A stretch of 64,000 nt of DNA from the human T2T-CHM13v2.0 reference genome, Homo sapiens. The notes beneath the pieces were generated by a model. It ran no database searches and had not been told where the DNA came from. It saw only the letters and a list, made by a program, of their open reading frames with translations. Below, one piece after another: positions 1-29,008 of the stretch. How positions within the stretch are numbered: position 1 is the stretch's first letter; each line of letters begins with the position of its first letter. The position numbers and the translations under genes are program-made. The stretch lies in assembly GCF_009914755.1 (NCBI RefSeq), contig NC_060943.1. One strand, given 5' to 3'.

Positions 1-351
1 AAGATCATTGTCCGTAGCAGCATCCTGAGCTGTGACCTGCGTTTATTTCCCCATGGGGACGTGGGGTCTCCCTGATGTCAAGAGAGGCGGTGTCACACAG
101 GCATTTAACATGCCACTGCCATGATTGGGACTGGGATTGGGACCAGCACAGCCCCTTGGGGGATGTGGCGGTGTGGTGGGAGAGGGGCTTGGGAACCCAC
201 CAGCAGCCTAGCCCTGGAAGCTGCGTGTTGTAGATTATGGAAAATGCTGCAGCACTCAGAACGAGACATCTGAAAATGGTGTTGAAAGAAAACAAGGACC
301 TGTCACTTCTGTGAATGTCCCCAGCAAGGACTCTCAGGCTATGATGAGTTG

Positions 352-1730
<1,379 letters not shown>

Positions 1731-2304
1731 GATCAGCAGCGCTTTGCACGTTGTGCCTGTTGGCCTCGGTTTCCCCGGTAAAACTTGTGATGGTTGCATG
1801 AAGCCCAGATCCATGAATAAAACACGAGGTCTGGAGTTAGTGCTTCCTCTCCTACAGCGAATGCATAATCAGCCCACAACTGCGGCGACGAGGCGTCCGA
1901 GGCGGCCGCACCCCAGCAGCGATCGGTGATTCATGGCTCGATCTGCTAATTGCCTCTCGGGCCGGCTTCGGGCTGATGCGTTTGACAAGGCGAGGAGGCT
2001 GAGACGTGCATTAGGCACTCAGCCGCCCCCGCCGCCCATGGAGGGCGCGACTGCTGCTCCCTCTTGGGGGTGATCCGTCATTTCATCCACGGGGGAGTTG
2101 GGGACCTGGGGGGCAAGAGAGAGGCTGGATGCCTGGGCCCTGTTTGTAAACAGCGTTGATTTCTGAGCTGAGATGTGGCGACCAGGCCCGGAGCAGGGCT
2201 GTATTCACAGTCGTCGAGGGGTCTGCCGGCCGTGGCCCTGCTATGGAACCTTGGGTGGGGCTGGGGAACAGGACCTCCTGCCTCACCTCAGACAGCCCCT
2301 CCTG

Positions 2305-2662
<358 letters not shown>

Positions 2663-2780
2663 TCACTTGGATGCATGCAGAGCGGGGTCTCCGGAGGGTG
2701 GCTGGTGCCGGAACCTGCTGCCACTTACAGGGCCCTGGTCCCCGTGGATGCTCCAGCTTCTCCTTAGAGCTCCCGGCTAA

Positions 2781-3855
<1,075 letters not shown>

Positions 3856-4212
3856 CTGGAGCAGCTCTTGAGGTGTGTTGGCCCCTTGGGCCCACTGGCC
3901 CTGGGTCACCTTGGGTGTCCACCCACAGTGGTGCAGCAGGAGGCCATTCTCAGCAAGACCCGCTCTCATCCCAGCGTCGCTCAACAGCTGCTGAGAACGC
4001 CCTCTGCTCCCGGTGGGAGAAGGGGCTGGTGGCACCTGAGGACCCTGGCCCGAGGGAGCCCTGGAGATGCTGTGGGTTCCCACATCTAGGGATGCTGGTA
4101 AAGCTTTGCACAGGCCTGGCAAGGAGGAAGCGGACTCCTCACCCTGCCGGGCACTAGGCAGGTCCCCAAATAGCATCAGAGAAACCTGCTTCCCCAAACG
4201 AACACTGAGTGA

Positions 4213-7200
<2,988 letters not shown>

Positions 7201-7269
7201 CTACAATCAGCTTTGTTTGTGTGGTGTTTGGAATTGCCATCCTGGAGGCCCTGGGTACTGTTGTGATTC

Positions 7270-8015
<746 letters not shown>

Positions 8016-8460
8016 GCCTGCCACCTGCCATCTCTCTGGGGGTTTGATGCCCTTGGGGTGCCTGGCACCTCACTCTCAGCTGCTGCCAAAGCCCTTCTTG
8101 AGCTCGTCAAGGTCACCCTGGATTCTAATCCCAACCCCCAGGCACTTCTTGGCACCAGGAACATTTTCTGCAGGTGGCCTGCGAAGGAGCTGGGAGCTGT
8201 GCTCAAATGCTTCCTCCTAACAAGCCTTCCGTCCTGGGGACTGGCACTGTGTTGAGACGGGAGAGACTCCAGGTCCGCAGAGGGCACCGTCCTGCCTGGA
8301 GGTTCAGGACTGCCACCATTCATCTCCGTGAGGAGCTGGAGCAGGCGTCCTGCCTTTCTGTGTCCTCTACCCTGGTTTTGAATAGAAGGCATCCTGGCTG
8401 GGCAGGGTTCTTCAGGGAGCAGGTGATCCGGCATTCAGCCAGATTCTTGAAAACCCCCTG

Positions 8461-11130
<2,670 letters not shown>

Positions 11131-11134
11131 GAGC

Positions 11135-18870
<7,736 letters not shown>

Positions 18871-19294
18871 CCTGGTCTCCCCAAGACAATCCTGACTTCC
18901 GTGGAGCCCCTGGGTCTCCAGAAACACCAGTGACAGCCCTCTCTCTTGTGTTCTGAATTTCCTATGTAAAAACCTGGCTTGTGTGAAGGGGGCTGGTAAT
19001 TGGACATCTGTAAAGCTCCTTGGCAGTGGGGCCCCGTCAAAGCTGGCAGTCGTAGCTCCGTGTTAACAAGGTCAAGGTCTGGTCAAGGTTTCCAGTGTGG
19101 TCCCCTTATGGCCTAATTAGGGACTTGAATGGGTTGGAACACTGATTGAGTTTCAGTTCAGAGGCTATTTTGATGTTACAGTTCAATCACTTTAGAAAAT
19201 ATAGATTCAGTTCTGGTTCAGGCTGGAACACTAGGTGTGTGTCTGTGTGTTTTAATCTTTGATTTAGTTCATGGTTCAGTATCAAACTTAATAC

Positions 19295-19700
19295 ATTTTT
19301 CACCCATCATCAGATTAACAAAGATGAGAGAAATAATCACGCCCGGCCCTCGTGCAGGGTGTTAGATGGGCCGTGGTAATGCGGGGCTGCCGCCAATGTG
19401 AATTGGTACCTTTCTGAAAAGCAACTTGACGTCATCTGTCAAACGCCTTGAGGATGTCCAGACCCTCAGACCCAGCAATTTCCGCCTCCAGGGATTTATC
19501 ATAAGGATATAATCAGAGGTGCACCAAGATTTACATAGGAGAGTTGCTTTCTGCGGCCTTATTTAAATCATGGAAAAATCAGGAATCGCTGAAATGTCTC
19601 ACAATAGCGGTCTGGTTAATAAAAATACGATAGCGACCGTTGTCTTACAACGCCTTGAGTAGCAGAGGGAATTGTGTATGATACATTTCCCGCAGAAGGG
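19295..19700 (+). mobile_element. Ancient L1ME-like fragment
   Basis: TTTCACCCATCATCAGATTAACAAAG...TTTCTGAAAAGCAACTTGAC...GACCCAGCAATTTCCGCCTCCAGGGATTTATC is an L1 ORF2-end/3'UTR signature. Confidence 0.6.
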
Positions 19701-19978
19701 GAAACGTTTTAATTAAAGCCATAACTGACGTGGAGCCGGAAGAAGCCTGTGAAAGGACGTTCTTGCATCGACCTGCCAGGCCTTTGTGCTGCCTTAGAAG
19801 CAGCCGCTTTATTGCAACTGTGAATCTCTATGGTTTAGGAGAGAAATTCATTCTTTAAACAAAATTTGAGTGAGCGCTCGGTGACACGGACTGGGCTTAC
19901 AATGGTGAAGAAAACAGGACTCAGGGAACTCACAGACGAATGGAGAAGACATTTAATAAAATAAGACCTAACATTTCA

Positions 19979-22355
<2,377 letters not shown>

Positions 22356-22589
22356 AAAAACCGCTCAGGGAAAGGCCTGACACTGATGGAGCGACCGCTC
22401 CGGGGCTCCCGCCACCCGCGGCTGTTTCCGGTGCCCCCCGGGGTCTTGGGACCCTCCCAAGGTGGGTCCTGCTCTAGTTCAGAAGCTTATGACGCCTTTG
22501 CGGGGATGCCTGGCTTTGGGATCGGTTGGGATCTGCTGGAATTGGGTCCGTGGCGCGCAGCTCCCGGGCTGGGAGGTGCCGTAGGACCT

Positions 22590-22619
22590 GGAAGATTCTC
22601 GAAAGTTCTGGAAGGTTCT
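22590..22619. promoter_or_regulatory. Heat shock element, six perfect alternating nGAAn/nTTCn pentamers
   Basis: gGAAg aTTCt cGAAa gTTCt gGAAg gTTCt. Confidence 0.85.
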
Positions 22620-22954
22620 CTCAGGGATCGCCGCGGGCGGGGGAGCCTGTTTTCCCACCGAGACCCGCGAGGGCGGTGTCCGGGGTCTGACTGCAGGACA
22701 AAGGGCCGGGAGCGCGGGAGGGCGGCGCCCGGGAGCGGCCACACATGCCCCGCCAACCGGTCTCCTCAGGCAGCACTCCCGGGAAAAAGGGGTAGACGCG
22801 CGGCGGAAGGGGCGGGGCCGGCGCGCGGCCGTGGACGCCGGAGAGGGCGAGGCCGGCGCTCCTTGGGAGCGCGCGCGTCCCATTGGGCAGCGGGCGGAAG
22901 GGGGCGGAGCTTGGCGCCGCCGCGAGGCAAGCCCCGCCCCCGGCCCCGCGGGGA

Positions 22955-22991
<37 letters not shown>

Positions 22992-22999
22992 AGGCGGTG
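22955..22999 (+). repeat. (GCG)10 GTG GCG GAG GCG GTG trinucleotide repeat at the PWWP3A TSS/5'UTR
   Basis: Direct reading. Confidence 0.95.
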
Positions 23000-23111
23000 A
23001 GCGCGGGCGGCGCGGACGGCAGCGGTTGGCGGGCGGGTCCTCCGCTGTTGCGGCCGCTGCGGCCTCCTTGCCCGGGCTTGGGGCGCCGCGCTGGGGAAAG
23101 CCGGGGGCCCG
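22955..23111 (+). other. PWWP3A: PWWP3A non-coding exon 1 (5' end approximate)
   Basis: Downstream of GC boxes; ends at canonical donor GTGAG 23112. Confidence 0.7.
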
Positions 23112-23244
23112 GTGAGCCCGCGGGATGCGTCCCCTCGGTTCCGCCGGGCGGGGCTGAGGCGAGGAGGCCGGGCCTGGGGGGAGGGGGGGCCCCGGCCTAG
23201 AGACTCCTCCGGGAGCGCCCGGTCCCTACCGCCGTGGGTCCCCC

Positions 23245-23760
23245 ACTCTGCCCGGACCCCCTTTTCCGCCCCTGGCGCCGTGGGCCCCTCACTTTGCCTG
23301 GACTCCTTTTCCCGTCCCTGCCGCCCGGACCCCATCTCTTGCTTGGACCCGCTCCCCCATCCTTGCTGCCTGGACCCCTATCTCCTTCCCTGGATCCCCC
23401 TCACGTCTGCCGTGAACCCCATCTCTTGCCTGGACCCCCATCTGCTTCCCTGGATTCCCCACCCCCAACCGTGAAATCCCCCATCCCTGCCACCTGGACC
23501 CTCCGCTCCACCTCCTCCGTGAGCCCTCGTTCTTGCTCCCTGAGCCCCCCCGCTTCTGCTGTGACCCCCTTCTCTGTTGCCTGAATCCCCCGTTCCTGCA
23601 AGCCGCAACCCTTCCTCCGCCATGAAATCTTGTCCCTGCTGCCTGGACCCCTACTTCTGCTGCTGCTGTGATCCCCTCTCTTGCTGGAAACGCCACCCCT
23701 ACCTCTGCTGGGAACCTCCTCTTCCCTGCTGCGGGGACGCCCCCCTCCGTTGTTGCTAAA
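23245..23760 (+). repeat. Degenerate C-rich repeat of about 20 nt (CCCCATCTCTTGCCTGGA-like)
   Basis: Recurrent TGCCTGGACCCC variants. Confidence 0.6.
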
Positions 23761-24365
23761 TTCCACCCCCACCCCCAAACCTCCTTTTCATTTCTGTCAA
23801 CAGCCAAGCCAGTCCTTCCCATTGATGCTGTGAACGGTCTGCAGCTGTCCCCGTTCTTTCAGGGACATGGCAGCCAAAAGAGCAGTCGTTTTTCCGCTCT
23901 TATTTTTGTGTGTGTGCTGTGGTCAACTGTTAACTCCCCAAATTGGGGAGGGTTGTGAGCTTTGATTGTGTAAAATGCCTCTCCTGCCGAGGTCGGAGGC
24001 AGGTCTTCCGCACGGAGATGATTTATTCAGGAGCCTTTTAAAACTGATCTAGATAGAACCTTTGGGAGGGACTGTGCTGTATTTTATTTATGAAAAAATG
24101 CAGGCGCCTCCCTGGATACCGAGCCCCGTCGTTTCTGTTTGTCAGTCTGCTTTTTGGCATTGAGCATCTCAATGCAAGATTGTGGAATTAAACCATCTAC
24201 TTGAGGCTAAGTCGAGCTAACCTTTGCCCCTGAGGGCTGTGTCTGCGTTAACATCGCCAGCAAACAGTTGTATAAACCACCGTGCAAATTTCGTTCCAGG
24301 ACACATTGGCGTGAGACCTGGGAGTACGTTGTGCCAAATCATTGCCACTTGCCACATGAGTGTAA

Positions 24366-24425
24366 ATGATGGCGGATGCCAAGTATGTCCTCTGCCGATG
24401 GGAAAAGCGATTATGGCCTGCGAAG
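24366..24425 (+). CDS. PWWP3A: PWWP3A exon 2, coding part (MMADAKYVLCRWEKRLWPAK); exon starts at 24300
   Basis: TTCCAG acceptor ending 24299; ATGATG with the second ATG (24369) in strong Kozak context; GT donor 24426. Confidence 0.93.
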
Positions 24426-24984
24426 GTGACAGCCATTATTCTGTAACTTCAGGACTTAGAAATGACTTTCGGGTGACAAGTAAAATCTTGATCAGGAGAT
24501 ACCTAGGATTTGCTTCAGTGAAATAATTGAGCCAGAACACGGTTGGCACTGATTCTCGTTCCCCATTTAATGGGGTTTTGGTCTAGTGCTTCCAAGGTTA
24601 CACTTCCAGAAATGTCTTTTTTTTTTCACACTAAAAAAAAAAAAAGAATCAGCTGTAAAAAGGCATGTAAGGCTGTAACTCAAGGAAAGATCTGGCAAGC
24701 AGCCCTGTGATAGTAAATTATGGTCGTGTTCAGGGAATGCTTTCCAGCAATTCAGTAGACAGTGCTCAGCTGCAATGCAAAAGCCCAGGTCCTTGTCTTT
24801 GTCTGCCACTGGCCTCTCATGCCTCAGTTTCCCCATCTGTGAAACAATGGGGATTGGACCAAATATCTGAAATCCCATGGTTATAGGCCTTCAGGATTAC
24901 CTGCTGCATTTGTGCTAAAGTTTGCCACTGTTTCTCACTGTCAGCTGTTGTAATAACAAGGATTTTCTTTTGTTTTAAATGTAG

Positions 24985-25070
24985 GTTTTGGCCCGAACCG
25001 CGACTTCAACAAAAAATAAGAGAAGAAAGGAATATTTTCTAGCTGTGCAAATCCTCTCTCTAGAGGAAAA
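24985..25070 (+). CDS. PWWP3A: PWWP3A exon 3 (VLARTATSTKNKRRKEYFLAVQILSLEEK)
   Basis: TAG acceptor; atypical GTTAAGT donor; frame joins exon 4. Confidence 0.92.
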
Positions 25071-25595
25071 GTTAAGTGTTGTGTTGTTTTAATACTGTTT
25101 TTTCCCGTGTAGATTTCTGATACTTCAATCCCCTACTCCCCCAAAACAGTTGAAGCCCAGCCCACTCTTAATGGGCTTATTCACCATTTGTGTAATTCAT
25201 TAATGCTCATAATAACCTCATGAGAAAGCAACTAGTTTGATTTTATGTCAGTTTGGAAGCTGAAGATCCAAACGAGGCATTCTGTGAGATCTATGGAGAG
25301 ATTGGTACAAACACTGAATACATGTAAATTATACTCAGGGTAGACCCTATTTGTGGTTAAAATAGGGATATTTCCTTTTTTTTTTTTTTTTTTGACTGTT
25401 TCTTAATCAGTGCCATGCCAGGAAAATAGGGATGTTTCCTTCCCAGAGATCTGTGTGTCTTTTTTCAGAAACGTCTGTGACAGGCCCATCAATTTTGAAA
25501 TATTTGGTTTTTGAGCCTGTCACTCTAAACCAGCGTTTAACGTTCAAAAGGCAAATAACTGATGACCAGGCGGCACATTGTTCTGCTCCGTGAGT

Positions 25596-25769
25596 GTCTG
25601 GCACTGGGAAAGGTGTAGATTGTCTAGAATGACAGCAATTCCGACGCCCCAGTCAGTCCTGCGTGATTGTGGCGAGGGCGCGTCTGGCACCGGGAAGGTG
25701 TAGATCATCTAGAATGACGGCGATTCCGACGCCCCGGTCAGTCCTGCGTGATTGGCGAGGGTGCATCTG
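25596..25769. repeat. Tandem duplication, 2 x ~86 bp
   Basis: GTCTGGCAC..GGTGTAGAT..TCTAGAATGAC..ATTCCGACGCCCC..GTCAGTCCTGCGTGATT repeated at 25596 and 25682. Confidence 0.9.
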
Positions 25770-26369
25770 TCGTGAGAATTCCCAGTTCTGAAGAGAGCAA
25801 GGAGACTGATCCCGCGTAGTCCAAGGCATTGGCTCCCCTGTTGCTCTTCCTTGTGGAGCTCCCCCTGCCCCACTCCCTCCTGCCTGCATCTTCAGAGCTG
25901 CCTCTGAAGCTCGCTTGGTCCCTAGCTCACACTTTCCCTGCGGCTGGGAAGGTAATTGAATACTCGAGTTTAAAAGGAAAGCACATCCTTTTAAACCAAA
26001 ACACACCTGCTGGGCTGTAAACAGCTTTTAGTGACATTACCATCTACTCTGAAAATCTAACAAAGGAGTGATTTGTGCAGTTGAAAGTAGGATTTGCTTC
26101 ATAAAAGTCACAATTTGAATTCATTTTTGCTTTTAAATCCAGCCAACCTTTTCTGTCTTAAAAGGAAAAAAAAAAAAAAACCATTCACCAGGGTTCTTGC
26201 TGCCTGTAACCTCAGGCAGATGAATTCCTAGTTGGCTGTGACTTTTGGTTTAAGTGGAAGGTTGAGGAGGAAAATGAAAATAATTCTTTTGTTATCTAAA
26301 GGAAAACATGTTTGAAAATGTCTTGGCGGCGTTGGCTGGTGGTGTGTAACGTCGATTTTGTCTCTGCAG

Positions 26370-26440
26370 AATTAAGGTGAAAAGCACTGAAGTTGAGATC
26401 CTAGAGAAGTCTCAAATTGAAGCCATTGCTTCCTCGTTAG
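26370..26440 (+). CDS. PWWP3A: PWWP3A exon 4 (IKVKSTEVEILEKSQIEAIASSL)
   Basis: TGCAG/GTAAG sites, frame consistent. Confidence 0.95.
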
Positions 26441-26563
26441 GTAAGAGCGTATTTTTAAGTGGCCACTAGGTTTTCATAAAATAAGAGGTCATTTGGGAGA
26501 ATGTGAAGGCTCAGCTTTCTGGGTAAAAATTCACCCTGTTCACCATGTTTTTCTTCATACAAG

Positions 26564-26676
26564 GGAACGCGAATCCCCTGAGCTGAAGGAGAAGGAAAAA
26601 TGGATCCGCTTTCTTAAACCTTTCCAGAATTTGCCCCTAGAACCACTCCTATTCTTGACGCCCAGAATGGTCAGTG
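26564..26676 (+). other. PWWP3A: Candidate PWWP3A alternative cassette exon (premature stop plus in-frame re-start ATG)
   Basis: Pyrimidine tract + AAG acceptor, G|GTGAGC donor; ATG GTC AGT G joins exon 5 in frame. Confidence 0.55.
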
Positions 26677-28111
26677 GTGAGCATCAAGGTCATCTCGTAC
26701 CCCCGTGGCCTCCAGTACACAAGACGAGGAAGGACTTTGCTGCCATAAGGGGGGAGGTCCTCCTTTTTCCTTTCCTCTTCCTATAGTAAGATTTGCTGTG
26801 GTACTGTCGCTGCCTGGCCAGTCTGGTCTCAGCCCAAGGTTTGAGAAGCAGTTGGTTGTGTGTTTAAAATTCCAGAGCAGAGCCCAAGGGAGAGAACGGG
26901 TGGCCTGGCACTGGGGTTGGTGGCACCCATTGTTTGAGGCACTGTCATGGGGGGCACGAGGCAGGTCGGAAGTGGAGCTCTCGGCTTCCCATCCATCCGG
27001 GTGCGCTTTCTCCCAGGCCTTCAGTTTAGCACCCACCTCCTTTGCACACTGTGGGTGAGAAAAGCTTTGCCTGAGTCCAGCCGGGGACTGGTCATGCACA
27101 TACATGACAAGTGAGGAGCACTGGTGACTGCCTGCCCCCTAGCCACAGTTGTGCAAACCCAAACCTGCCAGCCTTCCTTCTCAAAGTGGAACTGTTTATC
27201 CCATTTGCAAATAATTGTTTCTCTTGTGAAAAGATGGACCGGAATTCCTTCCAATGATGTTTATAAAATCAGGTCTATTTTCCTGTGTCTTCCGAAAAAC
27301 AGCTCTTGTTTAAAGCAGGATCCATCTCTGCATAACTTAGGCCGGGCTGACCATCATCTTGGATGGCGTCGTCCTTGTTGGCGCAGATTGTGTTGGGGGG
27401 CTGGTTGTTTGTGGGCGCCTTTAATATTCAAAGGGGAGAATACTGTTCTGATTGAGGCATTATGCCCGCTGAGTTGTGATATTACATCCATCATCTTGTT
27501 CAAATAAATAGCGCCGTATCTATATGTCGGAATGAATAAATAAAAGTGCTGCAGCAGGGAGGTTGGGCTGGAAACCAGAGGCCCACGATGCTCTTTGCTG
27601 GCTTTGAAATGCCCTTGCAAAGAAGTATTGAAAATTTACCAGCCCACAATGAGTCTTTTAAATCTCCTTTTCCTTGCTACCACCAACCCCTGCACCAACC
27701 AAGAATACGTTGCCAGCAGAGTTCTTTATTTAGTTGGCATTGGTTTTTATTGACCCTGATTGAATTTGAAATTGTAAGGCTGAGAGAGGATTTGCAAAAC
27801 ATTTGAATACATTTTGCTCACGGTATTGTTTTGTAACTTGGAGGAATTTATCTTTTTAGCCAATCAGGTTAAGGTCAATAAATTTGGTTTTTAAAAAAAT
27901 GAAGCCTCGAATCCCGGAATGAATAGCTGTCGTTCTGTAGCCTCGTCTCCTTTTTGGGAAAATGTAGGTGAGAAATGTTAGTCCTCCCCTTCAGTGATTT
28001 AGGTATGAAACTAGCCGTCAGAATGAGACAAGCGAGCTTCTAAAGCGATGCCGTGACCGCAGTGCCTGTGCAGTGAACGTAACCGGCATTGTGTATGTTC
28101 GGTCCTTGCAG

Positions 28112-29008
28112 CCTCACAGAATGAGGTTCCTGCGGCACCCCTGGAAGAACTGGCCTACAGACGGTCGCTTCGCGTGGCTCTGGACGTTCTGAGCGAGGGC
28201 TCGATTTGGAGTCAAGAAAGCTCTGCAGGGACAGGTAGAGCTGACCGGTCTCTGCGAGGGAAGCCCATGGAGCATGTCTCCTCGCCCTGTGATTCGAACT
28301 CCTCATCTCTTCCCCGCGGAGACGTGTTGGGCAGTTCCAGACCTCACAGGAGGAGGCCATGTGTGCAACAAAGCCTGTCAAGTTCGTTCACTTGTGAAAA
28401 GGACCCCGAGTGCAAAGTGGACCACAAGAAGGGGCTCAGGAAAAGTGAAAACCCAAGAGGCCCGTTGGTCCTCCCAGCTGGAGGTGGTGCCCAAGATGAG
28501 AGTGGGTCCAGAATCCACCACAAAAATTGGACTCTTGCAAGTAAGAGGGGAGGAAACTCAGCGCAGAAGGCTAGCTTGTGCCTGAATGGATCTTCCCTTT
28601 CAGAGGACGACACGGAGAGAGACATGGGGAGCAAAGGAGGCAGCTGGGCAGCCCCGTCCTTGCCCTCCGGGGTCAGGGAGGACGATCCCTGTGCCAACGC
28701 TGAGGGACACGACCCCGGTCTGCCGTTGGGCAGCCTCACTGCGCCCCCAGCCCCTGAGCCCTCGGCCTGCTCAGAGCCTGGAGAATGCCCTGCGAAAAAG
28801 AGGCCGCGCCTGGATGGCAGCCAAAGGCCGCCTGCCGTGCAGCTGGAGCCCATGGCAGCAGGGGCCGCACCATCCCCCGGGCCGGGGCCAGGGCCCAGAG
28901 AGTCTGTGACCCCGCGCAGCACCGCCAGGCTGGGCCCGCCTCCCTCCCACGCCTCTGCGGATGCAACCAGATGTCTTCCTTGCCCGGATTCCCAGAAGCT
29001 GGAGAAAG
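28112..29008 (+). CDS. PWWP3A: PWWP3A exon 5, large low-complexity/disordered region
   Basis: 897-nt open exon (ASQNEVPAAPLEELAYRRSL...SQKLEK), TTGCAG/GTAAAA, matches ORF 28174-29130. Confidence 0.95.

Larger units (their letters stand above)
22380..23330 (+). promoter_or_regulatory. PWWP3A: PWWP3A CpG-island promoter (GC boxes, inverted CCAAT, ETS-like GCGGAAG)
   Basis: Very high CpG density; GGGGCGGGGC near 22808, ATTGG 22882, GGGGGCGGAG near 22900; donor CG|GTGAGC at 23112. Confidence 0.85.

Noticed and set aside
2035-2048. CTCF-like motif (also a similar one near 51338)
   Set aside because: Several mismatches or a missing base in the core
19117-19290. GTTCA-rich segment resembling an old hAT transposon
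   Set aside because: Too diverged to assign without a Dfam search
24616-24646. T10...A13 fold-back in intron 2
   Set aside because: Mononucleotide runs with weak pairing; common by chance
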